A DNA stretch of 63,749 nucleotides, filler included, from Octopus bimaculoides (taxonomy: Eukaryota), in assembly GCF_001194135.2 (NCBI RefSeq). It is 6 parts of 6 records of this genome, joined end to end, with 100 filler letters (N's around TTAATTAATTAA, not from the genome) between each part and the next. Parts side by side here need not be neighbours in the genome. Positions count along the whole stretch, not along the records: positions 62,046 to 63,749 come from NW_026363969.1; 5 more parts are not named here. One strand, 5' to 3'. Below, one piece after another: positions 63,024 through 63,749 of this stretch. Made by a program: the position numbers and the translations under genes. Below the pieces are notes generated by a model. That model did not search any database, was not told the DNA's origin, and saw only the letters and a list, made by a program, of their open reading frames with translations. Position 1 is the stretch's first letter. Each line of letters opens with the position of its first letter.

Positions 63024-63730
63024 TTATGAACCTCTTACTTTAAATCAACTGGACCCAAGGTCCTTACAAATGAGGCACTGAGCCTCTTCATTATTTTCTG
63101 CCCTGCCGGCACCCAGCCAGGCTCAGTGCCTCGATGGTGCTCGGTCGGGGCTCTTCAGCAGGAAACGGAATGTGTCTTCGGGGAAGGGGTTCATCACCTT
63201 GCACAAATCTGTTTCCCACACGACCTCCGCAGCTACCTGCGGAGGCCAATCAGGGTCCTTGGTATAGGTTAGAATTCCTCCCCGCCGACCTTCTTTGTTA
63301 AACTTTTTAACAAATTCTTGAATTGCCCCTCCCTTGTGGAATAGGATTACAAATTCCTCCTCTACATCGGGAGAGGCCACAGTTTCCATCGTCGGGGTCT
63401 CGGGACATGCCAGCCGTGTACTAGCAACTGCTGGCAGTGCCCCGTTTTCTTTTTCTTTCTTTTCCCCTTTACGTCGGGTGGGTGGAGTTGTTCCGTTTTG
63501 TCTGGAAGATTTTCCTTCCCTCCTGCTGCCTCAGAATCCCTCGGTGGGCAACCATTGTTTCCCACCTTCTTCCTTTTTCGATGAGGCTTCCACCTCGACC
63601 GTCTTCATCTCTCCCTCTGAATGAGGAGGGGAGGGCGTTTCTATCGCTAACTGCTCCAGGATCCTACTCTGATCCTGGGGACAGTTCTTTTTATATGACC
63701 TGGTTCCAGGCACAGGTGAACCTCTTATTA
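63024..63730 (-). pseudogene. Decayed coding frame, probably retroelement ORF1/gag-like (unassigned)
   Basis: The listed ORFs 63531-63749 and 63123-63389 share one frame. That frame runs about 235 codons with only three TGA stops. It contains a charged low-complexity N-part, a globular-looking FVILFHKGG...DWPPQVAAEVVWET segment and a final CLICK. It is GC-rich relative to the flanks. Confidence 0.45.
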
Positions 63731-63749
63731 CACACACGCACACACACAC

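Noticed and set aside
63024-63730. Nuclear mitochondrial insertion (TGA read as Trp)
   Set aside because: The composition and peptide do not resemble any mitochondrially encoded protein.

Overview
Repeat-dense, gap-rich animal genomic DNA, most likely a coleoid cephalopod such as Octopus. That assignment is inferred from the tRNA-derived SINE families, RTE LINEs with (GAT)n tails and extreme CA/TA/CT microsatellite density. Most listed ORFs are artefacts of N gaps, microsatellites or SINEs. The only host coding sequence I can support is a 35-codon first exon of a HIT-family gene (HINT3-like) on the minus strand at 17662-17766; its downstream exons are not visible. The mobile content is a decayed Penelope-like element with an inverted terminal copy, RTE LINE 3' fragments, a DD34D mariner relic, several MITEs, Helitron-like elements, a probable solo LTR, an RLE-type LINE tail abutting (ATAC)n and dozens of SINEs. 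The most interesting signals are: (1) a compact element at about 57.7-58.0 kb joining a tRNA-like Pol III promoter, a hairpin over its A box and a minimal type I hammerhead ribozyme motif; (2) a second, decayed hammerhead in the Penelope 3' region; (3) an apparent CpG-decay domain structure recorded in same-family SINE copies; (4) a few unassigned candidate exons. Repeat boundaries are approximate because they were read by eye.
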